Position numbers and translations under genes: made by a program. The notes beneath the pieces are model-generated. The model was given only the letters and a program-made list of their open reading frames with translations, made no database searches and was not told where the DNA came from. A stretch of DNA of 46,553 bases from a virus (taxonomy: Duplodnaviria; Caudoviricetes): positions 1 to 46,553 of the IMG/VR virus record IMGVR_UViG_3300024998_000004. The stretch is one strand, 5' to 3'. Shown piece by piece: positions 17,874-25,548 of this stretch (positions within the stretch are counted from its first letter, which is position 1; the number at the start of each line of letters is the position of its first letter).

Positions 17874-18100
17874 CCCAGCAACTCCTGCGAAACGCCCGCA
17901 CCAATCAGGCATATGCCGCCCCAGATCAGGCCGACACCAATATCTGCATACAGACTCGTTCCAATGGTCACCAGCAGCGACCCGGCATATACGCTGGGCC
18001 ATCCAAAAATAACTCTCACATTGCGCTCCAATATGGTCCCAACAGGACCCATATGCAGTAATGCACCGTCAAAAGAAAACAGATCCCATTTGCCAGCCAT
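17870..18100 (-). CDS. Small membrane protein (pinholin candidate); true start may be GTG near 18019
   Basis: Two Gly-rich hydrophobic helices; stop overlaps endolysin ATG. Confidence 0.5.
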   Translation of the reverse strand: MAGKWDLFSFDGALLHMGPVGTILERNVRVIFGWPSVYAGSLLVTIGTSLYADIGVGLIWGGICLIGAGVSQELLG

Positions 18101-18120
18101 CGAATTACCGGATCACCCAT
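18016..18120 (-). CDS. Tiny hydrophobic ORF (34 aa)
   Basis: MGDPVIRWLANGICFLLTVHYCIWVLLGPYWSAM*; start overlaps upstream gene end, stop overlaps a downstream GTG. Confidence 0.35.
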   Translation of the reverse strand: MGDPVIRWLANGICFLLTVHYCIWVLLGPYWSAM

Positions 18121-18478
18121 TTGATATTTCCCCTGGCATCCATTTCACGGGGCGATCATCGCCTTCCGGGTATGTTCTGGCGTAGAGGGCCAGCATCCGA
18201 AGATTGCAGATTGCATGCGCGAGATGAGGCAATCCAGACTCCGCATCAACCTCTTCCCCGCGCTGCCACGCAGCCAAATGCCTCAGAGCGCATGCCAACG
18301 GAACGGACCATTGCATTCCCTTCGCCCAGTTCCAGGCCGCATATTTTTCGCGCCCATACATCCACACCCGGGCCTCGTCTTCAAGCGTACAAAGAGGTAT
18401 CAGGCTGTAATCCGGCTTCTTGTCGTTGAACCTCGCGCCAGACCCTTTTTCATTACTCGTCACATCTCCAATTGCCAT
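18113..18478 (-). CDS. dATP/dGTP diphosphohydrolase-like protein (DUF5664 type)
   Basis: GARFNDKKPDYSLIP...YGREKYAAWNWAKG...ALRHL...DAESGLPHLAHAICN signature. Confidence 0.88.
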   Translation of the reverse strand: MAIGDVTSNEKGSGARFNDKKPDYSLIPLCTLEDEARVWMYGREKYAAWNWAKGMQWSVPLACALRHLAAWQRGEEVDAESGLPHLAHAICNLRMLALYARTYPEGDDRPVKWMPGEISNG

Positions 18479-18726
18479 TACTTACCTCCGAAATGCATGC
18501 GCATGGCAAGCATGCAACCCAACCCGCCGGCCACGCCCGTGGCCACTCCAAGCAGAAGCGTGTCAGCGCGCACCACCAAGAGCACCGTGCTGACCTCGCA
18601 CAAACCCATGCAAATTGACGTCGGCATGACCCATCGATACCGGTTCTTCACGACATTTATCTGCTGACCGGCTTTGAGAAAAATATAAATAAAATTGATG
18701 GCAAACAGCATCAAATACGTGCTCAT
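18478..18726 (-). CDS. Small 3-TM membrane protein (82 aa)
   Basis: Start re-called at MSTYLMLF (ATGA overlap); FLKAxQQxNV motif and GxxGGLGC helix. Confidence 0.72.
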   Translation of the reverse strand: MSTYLMLFAINFIYIFLKAGQQINVVKNRYRWVMPTSICMGLCEVSTVLLVVRADTLLLGVATGVAGGLGCMLAMRMHFGGK

Positions 18727-19682
18727 ACCGTGAACGTCTCCCCCCTGAAGAAGCACAGCCCCTCATCTTCGTTCACCACTTCGCAGAGTTCGGGAGGCAT
18801 CAGTTTTCCCTTGTGGAAAGTCAGCACCGCGAAACCAGAACGGTGGTTCGCTGGCGCGTCCTCTGCGTATGTGAATTGCGGTCCTATCGGATCAGCCAGC
18901 GTTCCGGTATCCACTGCATACCTCGTCCCGTTGTAATCGGTATAGGGCCTAACTTGCAGCGCATGAAGATGTCCGGTGATAATCGACGTTCCCGACTTCA
19001 GAACGTTGTTATAGGTGGCATGAACCCCGTTGTGATAACGGTGCTTGATCATCGTGCGGCCGTTGATCATCATGCTCCATCCGAATTTCCACATAGGAAA
19101 ATGATCTTTAAGATCAGTCCCATGAACACCCTCATACGTCGGAACCTCAGCTGAGATGCGGGTATTAAAGCGGATGTCGTGGTTACCCCAGTTCCAGAAC
19201 AGCGACTTGCCGCCCATCGCATCATGAATTTCATGCATCCTGTCCTGGCAGGCAGATAACTCTTCCTTCACACTCGGAGGTTTCTCCCATCCGATGCGTG
19301 GATGCCTGCCGGCGGTTGGCCCGTCAAATGCGTCTCCGTTGCAGACATACATTTGGGGCTTCAAATCTTTTATAACTTTGATGGCAGCTCGATGAGCGGT
19401 GGATATAACTCCTGGCCAGTAGTGTTTGTCAGAGCCAACGATCACGACACCGTTTTCAAGATCAACCCGTGTCCGGATGCCGTTATCAGGGATCGTCACT
19501 TTCATGTCCGGGCTGTTTGGCGCAGTACAAACCAATCTAATGCCACGCCTTCCCTCTATCGCCCTGCGGCGCCCCAAAACGTTTCTTACAGAAATTCCAA
19601 GGACGCTTGCTACAACCTGAGGTGATGAGCTGCGCCGCCACAAAGAGATGAATTCTTCTTCAGAACAAGATGCGGCTGCCAT
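18723..19682 (-). CDS. Calcineurin-like metallophosphoesterase with N-terminal HTH-like segment
   Basis: GSDKH, NGDAFD, WGNHD, KHRY, ITGHLH motifs; start re-called at MAAASCSEEEF. Confidence 0.88.
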   Translation of the reverse strand: MAAASCSEEEFISLWRRSSSPQVVASVLGISVRNVLGRRRAIEGRRGIRLVCTAPNSPDMKVTIPDNGIRTRVDLENGVVIVGSDKHYWPGVISTAHRAAIKVIKDLKPQMYVCNGDAFDGPTAGRHPRIGWEKPPSVKEELSACQDRMHEIHDAMGGKSLFWNWGNHDIRFNTRISAEVPTYEGVHGTDLKDHFPMWKFGWSMMINGRTMIKHRYHNGVHATYNNVLKSGTSIITGHLHALQVRPYTDYNGTRYAVDTGTLADPIGPQFTYAEDAPANHRSGFAVLTFHKGKLMPPELCEVVNEDEGLCFFRGETFTV

Positions 19683-19927
19683 CACTCCACCGCCTGACTG
19701 GTATGCAGTCTCAGCCAGTAGTTGTATCCGCTGATACCGACTACCGCGATCAGAAGCGCGATACATACCCAGTCGGTGCGCATGTACCCGAATACATCTC
19801 CCAGGCTCATGAGGCCGGATGCCGCAGCCGCGGCGTACCCGGTCCACTTGTTGAATCTCAGCGTCCTACTCTTCTTCCTCGATTTTTTGCAAACCACTTC
19901 GTTTTGCTGCTCGCTCAATTCGTTCAT
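19682..19927 (-). CDS. Holin-like 2-TM protein
   Basis: KKSRTLRFN...NYWLRLHTSQAV pattern typical of a phage holin family; two hydrophobic segments. Confidence 0.6.
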   Translation of the reverse strand: MNELSEQQNEVVCKKSRKKSRTLRFNKWTGYAAAAASGLMSLGDVFGYMRTDWVCIALLIAVVGISGYNYWLRLHTSQAVE

Positions 19928-20081
19928 AATCCTCCCGGCATTCCGGATTGCAGAAAGCGCCACGTGACGCTTCACCGCAATTCAGGCAGTGGCCGTTATG
20001 TTTCGGTACCGGCTTTCTCACTCTGAGTGCCGCATCTCTCGCCAGAAACTCACGCTCCGCCGCACGGTCCAGATCATCCAT
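19866..20081 (-). CDS. TraR/DksA-like C4 zinc-finger protein
   Basis: MDDLDRA N-terminus (DxxDxA); CLNC...FCNPEC. Confidence 0.75.
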   Translation of the reverse strand: MDDLDRAAEREFLARDAALRVRKPVPKHNGHCLNCGEASRGAFCNPECREDYERIERAAKRSGLQKIEEEE

Positions 20082-20340
20082 GTTCTTCCAGGCATTCCAA
20101 CTTGGCTCGAACATCAGTTTCATGATCTCCAGTCGCTATGCCGGCGCAGGGATGAGTGGCAATAGCGGGGGGCGCAGGGGTTGCCTTAGGGGCATGGGGT
20201 TTGTGTTCCTTCGGCTTCGGCGTTTCCCGTGGCGCTGTAACATCAATGGCCGGGGAAACAGGTATTGGTTTTTGTTCGCCCGGTGGAACGGTACAGGCCA
20301 CCAGAATGGTGGCGGCGATTAAAAGTGCATATCGCATCAT
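20074..20340 (-). CDS. Pro-rich lipoprotein (o-spanin-like)
   Basis: MMRYALLIAATILVAC lipobox, Pro/Lys-rich linker, two further Cys. Confidence 0.65.
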   Translation of the reverse strand: MMRYALLIAATILVACTVPPGEQKPIPVSPAIDVTAPRETPKPKEHKPHAPKATPAPPAIATHPCAGIATGDHETDVRAKLECLEEHG

Positions 20341-20624
20341 CTGCCTCCTCTTGGCCAATGCTGGATAATCCGATCCAGCTTTTCGTTGAACTCGCGCATC
20401 GTTTCACGCTGTTCTGCGCGGGTGGATTTGATCTCGTCGCTCAGACGCTGATTCGTCTGCTCCTGATATTGCTCTCCACGCTTGATACCGGCGATGTCGT
20501 TCTGGATAGTGTTATAAGTCGCTATCCCAGAGGCCAGTAGCCCCGTAATGCCCAGTATCCCGCTAAGCGTCAGGGTGAAATTCGACGCCCCTTTACGCTG
20601 CGGCTTTTCTTCATCACACGTCAT
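20337..20624 (-). CDS. Single-TM coiled-coil protein (i-spanin/holin-like)
   Basis: Start re-called at MTCDEEK; one TM followed by a heptad-rich C-terminus. Confidence 0.65.
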   Translation of the reverse strand: MTCDEEKPQRKGASNFTLTLSGILGITGLLASGIATYNTIQNDIAGIKRGEQYQEQTNQRLSDEIKSTRAEQRETMREFNEKLDRIIQHWPRGGR

Positions 20625-20626
20625 GC

Positions 20627-20806
20627 TTACCCCACGATCAGGAGAGAGATGCCCCATACCAGCAAAGTGACCGCGATTGCGCCTACAATTACCAACGCCG
20701 TCCACTTCGATGCCTTCAGCTTGTCCAGCAGGCTGTCGGCTTCAGCATCAGCAGCAGCATTCAGTTGAACAGCTTTTTCTTTCCACTTCGGGGTTGGCAG
20801 CGACAT
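20627..20806 (-). CDS. Small C-terminally anchored membrane protein (59 aa)
   Basis: GGAGG RBS then MSLPTPKW; hydrophobic C-terminus. Confidence 0.65.
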   Translation of the reverse strand: MSLPTPKWKEKAVQLNAAADAEADSLLDKLKASKWTALVIVGAIAVTLLVWGISLLIVG

Positions 20807-20820
20807 TTGAAACCTCCAAT

Positions 20821-20841
20821 AAAAAAGCCGCCCGCGGCGGC
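20821..20841 (-). terminator. Rho-independent terminator
   Basis: GCCGCC-GCG-GGCGGC + T6 on minus strand. Confidence 0.78.
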
Positions 20842-20861
20842 ATATTTCCTTCATGTGATAG

Positions 20862-21875
20862 TTACGGCAGTGGACTGAGCCATGCGCGCTTTGCGTTGGC
20901 GACATAAGCTGACAGCCCGGCCCGGTTCAGGTACACATTCACTGCACGGAATTTCCATGCCCACTTCAAGGCCTTGATGATGCAATCCGTATCGGTGGAA
21001 TCGGCAAGGCCAGCCCTGGCCCATGGAATCTCTTTCGAAACGATGGTCGGGATGCCGCAACGCACTGAATCCGCAGCGACGATATTGAACGTCTCGGAGA
21101 AGCTGACCTGCATGCACAAGTCCATGCTCGAGATGAGATCCAAGAAGTCGTCATGCTCCAGCCAGTCATGCTTGATCAGCTCGTGACCAGCATTGAAGAA
21201 GAGCGCATCGAGATTGCGAACCACCGATTCGCCTTTCTGCTCGACTCGCCCGGCATTGATGTGGAACCTCAATCGAGCCTGCACGGAGTCGGCAAAGCGA
21301 ATGGCGGAAACTGCCTGCTGGAGATGGTTCTTAAGCGGACGAATCGCGCCGAAACACCCGATGTCGATTACCCGTTCGCGCTTCTTCTTGCCAACGAAAC
21401 GGGTATAGATGTCCGGGTAATAGTTGGGCAGGTAGATGATCTTGCGCGCATCCTCAGGCCATTGCAGAGCCTTCAGATCAGCAAGCAGAGATGGACTGTT
21501 GACAGCCACGTAAACGCTATCCTGCTCCACGTAACGACTGATCCAGTCCATCGCAATGCCTTCGTTTGCCAGGAAAGGAAGGTTGCTGTGCAACCGCACG
21601 ATCCAACGCACATTGGGATGCAGCTTGCCCAGAATCTCGAACTTCTCCGGCACAACCCACAGCGCCTCGATGGTTACGTGAGTCGGCCGGTACTGATGCA
21701 CCTCGCGATCGATGTCGTTGTTGTCAGTTACGACAACCAGCTTCGACTGGACTCTGGCGCGCACCAGCATGTCATGGACGAACGTCGAGGAATTGAGCAA
21801 TCCAGTTGAAAGGTTACCGGCGTAATCTTCGCCACAACCTTCCCTACGCTTCAGGATAAATAGAATTTTGGGCAT
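20862..21875 (-). CDS. GT-B fold glycosyltransferase (GT4-like)
   Basis: IDIGCFGAIRPLKN and QVSFSETFNIVAAD (ExF...A donor-binding motif), GIPTIVS. Confidence 0.85.
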   Translation of the reverse strand: MPKILFILKRREGCGEDYAGNLSTGLLNSSTFVHDMLVRARVQSKLVVVTDNNDIDREVHQYRPTHVTIEALWVVPEKFEILGKLHPNVRWIVRLHSNLPFLANEGIAMDWISRYVEQDSVYVAVNSPSLLADLKALQWPEDARKIIYLPNYYPDIYTRFVGKKKRERVIDIGCFGAIRPLKNHLQQAVSAIRFADSVQARLRFHINAGRVEQKGESVVRNLDALFFNAGHELIKHDWLEHDDFLDLISSMDLCMQVSFSETFNIVAADSVRCGIPTIVSKEIPWARAGLADSTDTDCIIKALKWAWKFRAVNVYLNRAGLSAYVANAKRAWLSPLP

Positions 21876-21897
21876 AAAAAAAGCCGCTCAAGGCGGC
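21876..21897 (-). terminator. Rho-independent terminator immediately upstream of the GT start
   Basis: GCCGC-N5-GCGGC + T7 abutting ATG. Confidence 0.72.
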
Positions 21898-21922
21898 CTG
21901 TAATGTTTATAGTACTATGATT

Positions 21923-22168
21923 TCAAAGAAACTTTATTGAGTAGTAGACTGCGTCGAATATCAGGCAGGACAGCAACCAGAAAGCCAGGTCGAGCTTTCC
22001 CACTCCTTGCCACTGGTGCTGCTCGAGTTCTCGCTCTACCGCGACTATCATGACGAATATAGGCGCTGCCCAAGCCGGAATAGGCCAAATGAAAGCAGCC
22101 ATCAGGCACGCACCATAGAACATATGCAGGGATTGATCGCGCACTTCACTGAGCGTGGGTTTATTCAT
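21923..22168 (-). CDS. Small membrane protein
   Basis: 81 aa; DQSLH...ERE...DL pattern with hydrophobic helices. Confidence 0.65.
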   Translation of the reverse strand: MNKPTLSEVRDQSLHMFYGACLMAAFIWPIPAWAAPIFVMIVAVERELEQHQWQGVGKLDLAFWLLSCLIFDAVYYSIKFL

Positions 22169-22171
22169 ACA

Positions 22172-22630
22172 TCACCATTGAATCGCATCCAATGCAGCCT
22201 GACTCGGATTCGCGCCCAGGGCATTGATCTGATCCCGCAGGAGTTGGCGTTTTCCGGTCAGCGCGCCGTGCAGCGGTGCCAGGGCGTCGGCATTGGCAAT
22301 GATCAGGGAGGCGAGCGCCGCAGGGGCAATGCCGCGCGCTTGCGCCGCGCTGTTGATCCATGGAGTATCTTTTGTCCCGAATGCCCTTGCTTCATCTTCC
22401 TGCTTGGGCCAGGACGCGATCTCGTCTTCCGGATACCCGGCTGTCAGCGCCTTAACTGCCGCCTCATATGCGGTATTGATTCGCGAATGAGCATCTGCGA
22501 TCAGATCCGCAGCTGTTGGCGTCGGCAGCTGAAAATTGATCTGTACATAAGTTTCAGGTATCAAATGATCCTGAGACCCATCTTCTTCGTATGCATAGAC
22601 GTTGCCGTCATCACCTCGGTAATATTTCAT
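22172..22630 (-). CDS. Tail fibre assembly/chaperone-like protein
   Basis: VYAYEEDGSQD N-terminus; YPEDEIASWPKQEDEARA; C-terminal IxW; follows fibre gene. Confidence 0.75.
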   Translation of the reverse strand: MKYYRGDDGNVYAYEEDGSQDHLIPETYVQINFQLPTPTAADLIADAHSRINTAYEAAVKALTAGYPEDEIASWPKQEDEARAFGTKDTPWINSAAQARGIAPAALASLIIANADALAPLHGALTGKRQLLRDQINALGANPSQAALDAIQW

Positions 22631-23664
22631 CTCAGTTCAAACCATTTATTGGTTACGCCGGCATTGCCGAATTGAATCTGGTAGGTTGCTCCCGGAGGAA
22701 CAAGGAAATAGGCAAATGCGCTATATCCCGGGCCATTTGAATACAGCGAGTTCGATACAATCTGCACGCCGTTGACGAATGCGTTGGCGATCATATTGGT
22801 GATACCCCCGGTGGTGCTCCAGGCCGATACTGCGATGGTCCGGCCTGTCGAGTTTGTGTAGGTGACTCCCGAAAAGCGGCTCCCTGAAAGATCCTGATAG
22901 CCTTGGTTAAACCCCAGAATTACCGCCGCCAGATTGGCAGGAGTGATGGCCCGTGTGGTATCAGTATGGGTCTGTGCTTCGGCATCGGTCGAAAGTTCAA
23001 CGACGCCGGTTGCAGCAGATGTGGCCGGCTGTTTTATGGCATTGAATGCGTTGGCTGCCGTGGTCTGCCCCGTGCCACCGCTTGCGATCGGCAGGGGAAG
23101 AGCAAGCCCTAAGGTAGCTCTCGCCGTCGCCGCATCGGGATCATTCAGGAGAGTCAGGATGAAACTGCTCACGAGCGACGCGTCCAAGGCACCCAATGTA
23201 GTGCGCGCTGTTGCCGCATCCGCATCGTTGAGCAATGTCCGGATAAACGCCGAAATGTCAGCCAGCGCCGCCGCTCCGCTTCCCGTAAAGTACGGTAGCT
23301 TATCGGCAGCCGAAGCCAGCGCTCCCAAAGCGATCAGATTGGCGTTGGAGAGCGATTCCTGAAGCGCGACGTTGGTCAGCCCGGCGACAAAGTAATCTCC
23401 TGCTGCCCAAGTTCGAGCAGTCGTTCCGTCAATACCCCGGCCGCCCACCGCTATCGTCATCGTATCGGTAGACCGCGCTTCGACCTTCACGACCTCACGA
23501 TTGCCAGATGCGTCTTTGAATATCCCGTAGAAGTAGTCTCCTGCCGCCAAAGCAGGAAAGAGCAGGCCCTGTCCGGCGGTAACGGTAAAGTTCAGACCGG
23601 TTGTCCCGCTGGGCGCTGATGCAATCTGTGCTTTGCCAAAATTACTAAATTTGAGTCCAGCCAT
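22627..23664 (-). CDS. Tail fibre protein
   Basis: N-terminal anchor (FSN...EVVKV...R), repeats DADAATARTTLG, ATxxxxGVVELST; C-terminal TYTNSTGRTI...VPPGATY...WFELR tip. Confidence 0.85.
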   Translation of the reverse strand: MAGLKFSNFGKAQIASAPSGTTGLNFTVTAGQGLLFPALAAGDYFYGIFKDASGNREVVKVEARSTDTMTIAVGGRGIDGTTARTWAAGDYFVAGLTNVALQESLSNANLIALGALASAADKLPYFTGSGAAALADISAFIRTLLNDADAATARTTLGALDASLVSSFILTLLNDPDAATARATLGLALPLPIASGGTGQTTAANAFNAIKQPATSAATGVVELSTDAEAQTHTDTTRAITPANLAAVILGFNQGYQDLSGSRFSGVTYTNSTGRTIAVSAWSTTGGITNMIANAFVNGVQIVSNSLYSNGPGYSAFAYFLVPPGATYQIQFGNAGVTNKWFELR

Positions 23665-24290
23665 TATCTGCCCCTCGCATTGATGGTCGTGCGCAATGGT
23701 GCCCGCGTATAGTTCCGCGCCTGCCTCATGCCGGCCTGTCCAGTCAGGACCGTGAATTGTTGCTGGTGATAGGTTGCGAGCTGCAGTTGGGTATATGGCT
23801 TCTTGGGCGAGGCCATCAGTCGGCCAAATGCACCATGAACCATTGCGTCCCGGTACTCATTGAAGATGTCATCGTCGATACCGATTGCCGCAGGCGATGG
23901 CTTCAACGCCACTTCGAGTTTCAACGTACCGGCCACGTCAGGCGTCGGCACAAGGGAGAGCGATGTTGCGCCACCCAGGACATACTGAGGCGTACCGGAT
24001 TGGTTGCGCCAGTCATAGATCTGGATCCCGGATTCCCCTGTGTGGCAATCGATCTCGTTACCTTCGAACTCGGCATAGGTGACGGCATGCACCACGGCCT
24101 GATCAGGAGGAACAAAGTTGTACGAGGGGGCGCCGGCCGTCACTGCGATGTCTGGATGAACGTACTTCCACGCCAGTGATTGCGAGCAGAAATCAATGGC
24201 TGCCTGCCGCAGTGCGACATCGATAGCCACGAATGGGCAGCCAGGAAGGTCGCCTGCCACAAAATCATAGAAGTTATCCCACGTTTTCAC
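23664..24290 (-). CDS. Head-tail adaptor / tail tubular A-like protein
   Basis: PGCP...ALRQAAIDFC, L.L.PTPD, LMASPKKPY motifs; position after capsid genes. Confidence 0.75.
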   Translation of the reverse strand: MKTWDNFYDFVAGDLPGCPFVAIDVALRQAAIDFCSQSLAWKYVHPDIAVTAGAPSYNFVPPDQAVVHAVTYAEFEGNEIDCHTGESGIQIYDWRNQSGTPQYVLGGATSLSLVPTPDVAGTLKLEVALKPSPAAIGIDDDIFNEYRDAMVHGAFGRLMASPKKPYTQLQLATYHQQQFTVLTGQAGMRQARNYTRAPLRTTINARGR

Positions 24291-24619
24291 GGCTGCGCCT
24301 CGCTACCGAATAGTTGAGCAAACGCCAGGGAGCGGCCGGAATTCATCTTTTCGTCATCAATCGTCTCGGCCCTGAACGTGCAGTAATCGGCGAGCGTTTG
24401 AACGTAGCCGGCGGCCAGCGGGAAGGCGTCTGTGAGCACGTTCTGTCCTGTCGGAAGGTTTGCGTACTGCCCGACGAATAGATCCGGCCGGCGCTTCACT
24501 AAAGCCATCATGCCGTGGTTGGCGAACGCCAGCAGCGTTGCATCGGTCACGCGAACCTTGTCCTCGTCGTTCAGCGGAATGCGCGCAAGATCGACAACGG
24601 ATTGGAAGGTGAAAGCCAT
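24287..24619 (-). CDS. Head-completion/adaptor-like protein
   Basis: ARIPLND...N.G......RRPDL motif; coupled overlaps. Confidence 0.68.
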   Translation of the reverse strand: MAFTFQSVVDLARIPLNDEDKVRVTDATLLAFANHGMMALVKRRPDLFVGQYANLPTGQNVLTDAFPLAAGYVQTLADYCTFRAETIDDEKMNSGRSLAFAQLFGSEAQP

Positions 24620-24987
24620 TATTTGCTTTCTTCGTCCATCTCATACCGGCCAAACAGGGCGATCACCTTGTGCCGGATAGTGTCCTCGCTCTGGCGCTTG
24701 TCCAGGCGCTCGTTGTATTTGGTTTCAGCCCATTCAACGAGAGCTTTCTTATCCATTGCGTGGAAATCCACGACAGGCAGCGGCTCTTCGACAGACTTCT
24801 CATCCTCGGTCAAATCTATGGGGTCATTACCTTCCTCATCGTTCATCTTTACCCACGTGTCGCGGAAATGCAGTAGCCGTTCAGCCACCCCAGAGGTCAC
24901 GTTGCGCACCTGGCCTGGACTCCAATGCAGTCCTACGCCGCGAATGCTGTCCTGCTTGTCGCACTTTCCGATGTATTGCACTTGCAT
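24619..24987 (-). CDS. Hypothetical phage protein with C-terminal Rho-N/HeH-like helix pair
   Basis: Start re-called at MQVQYIG after GGAG; MDKKALVEWAETKYNERLDKR. Confidence 0.68.
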   Translation of the reverse strand: MQVQYIGKCDKQDSIRGVGLHWSPGQVRNVTSGVAERLLHFRDTWVKMNDEEGNDPIDLTEDEKSVEEPLPVVDFHAMDKKALVEWAETKYNERLDKRQSEDTIRHKVIALFGRYEMDEESK

Positions 24988-24997
24988 GTTTTGCTCC

Positions 24998-25022
24998 AAA
25001 AAAAGAGCGGCCCGAAGGCCGC
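24998..25022 (-). terminator. Rho-independent terminator after capsid/decoration genes
   Basis: GCGGCC-TTCG-GGCCGC-TC-T7 on minus strand (UUCG tetraloop). Confidence 0.85.
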
Positions 25023-25046
25023 CCCAAATCACCACTTCAGGAGATA

Positions 25047-25481
25047 TTACTTGACGCCTTCGGCCTGTCCCTTCACGACTGCGGTCACTTTGCCAGAAGC
25101 AAAGGTGGTAGCAGCAGCAGTCATGGTGAGAATGACGTACACGTCCTTTTCGAACTTGATGGGCTGGAAGGCACATACCTTGCGCCCAGCAGCGGTCATG
25201 AACGTAGCCGTTGCGCTGAAGTAATCATCCACTGCTGTCGGTCCATCGGCATTGACCGGCGCATAACCGATCTTGGCGGACAGGGTTGTGCCGGTATCCA
25301 GGTCATCATTGATGATGTCGAGGTCCGTGACCAACATGCCGGCCGGGATAATCACAGGGCGATACACATCCGCCAGGGCACCAGCGGTCGGGGTAACGGT
25401 ACCGTAGACTATAGTCCCGTTTCCGTAACCTCCCATGAAGCGCGCCTTGGACGTCAAATCAGGTGCATTGAAAGTTGCCAT
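25047..25481 (-). CDS. Capsid decoration/cement-like protein
   Basis: 144-aa beta-rich protein directly after major capsid gene. Confidence 0.68.
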   Translation of the reverse strand: MATFNAPDLTSKARFMGGYGNGTIVYGTVTPTAGALADVYRPVIIPAGMLVTDLDIINDDLDTGTTLSAKIGYAPVNADGPTAVDDYFSATATFMTAAGRKVCAFQPIKFEKDVYVILTMTAAATTFASGKVTAVVKGQAEGVK

Positions 25482-25548
25482 TGGGAAAACTCCTTGAGAA
25501 TTAAAGGACTAGCGGGACTATGCCAGCTCCCGCTCACGTCATAATTGA

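Noticed and set aside
17874-18002. N-terminal extension of endolysin in ORF track (likewise extended starts for 7671, 14493, 19847, 25176, 42319, 43953, 45923, 45929)
   Set aside because: Extensions overlap neighbouring genes, terminators or operators; downstream starts have an RBS, coupling overlaps or promoter-adjacent ATGs
18113-19682. Z-genome (2-aminoadenine) pathway
   Set aside because: No PurZ, DatZ-like HD hydrolase or phage DNA polymerase in the window
20862-21875. Classical gtrABC serotype-conversion cassette
   Set aside because: Single soluble GT-B enzyme; no GtrA flippase, GT2 GtrB or polytopic GtrC
22627-23664. Diversity-generating retroelement targeting the tail fibre (BPP-1-like)
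   Set aside because: No reverse transcriptase and no adenine-mismatched TR/VR repeat pair seen in the window
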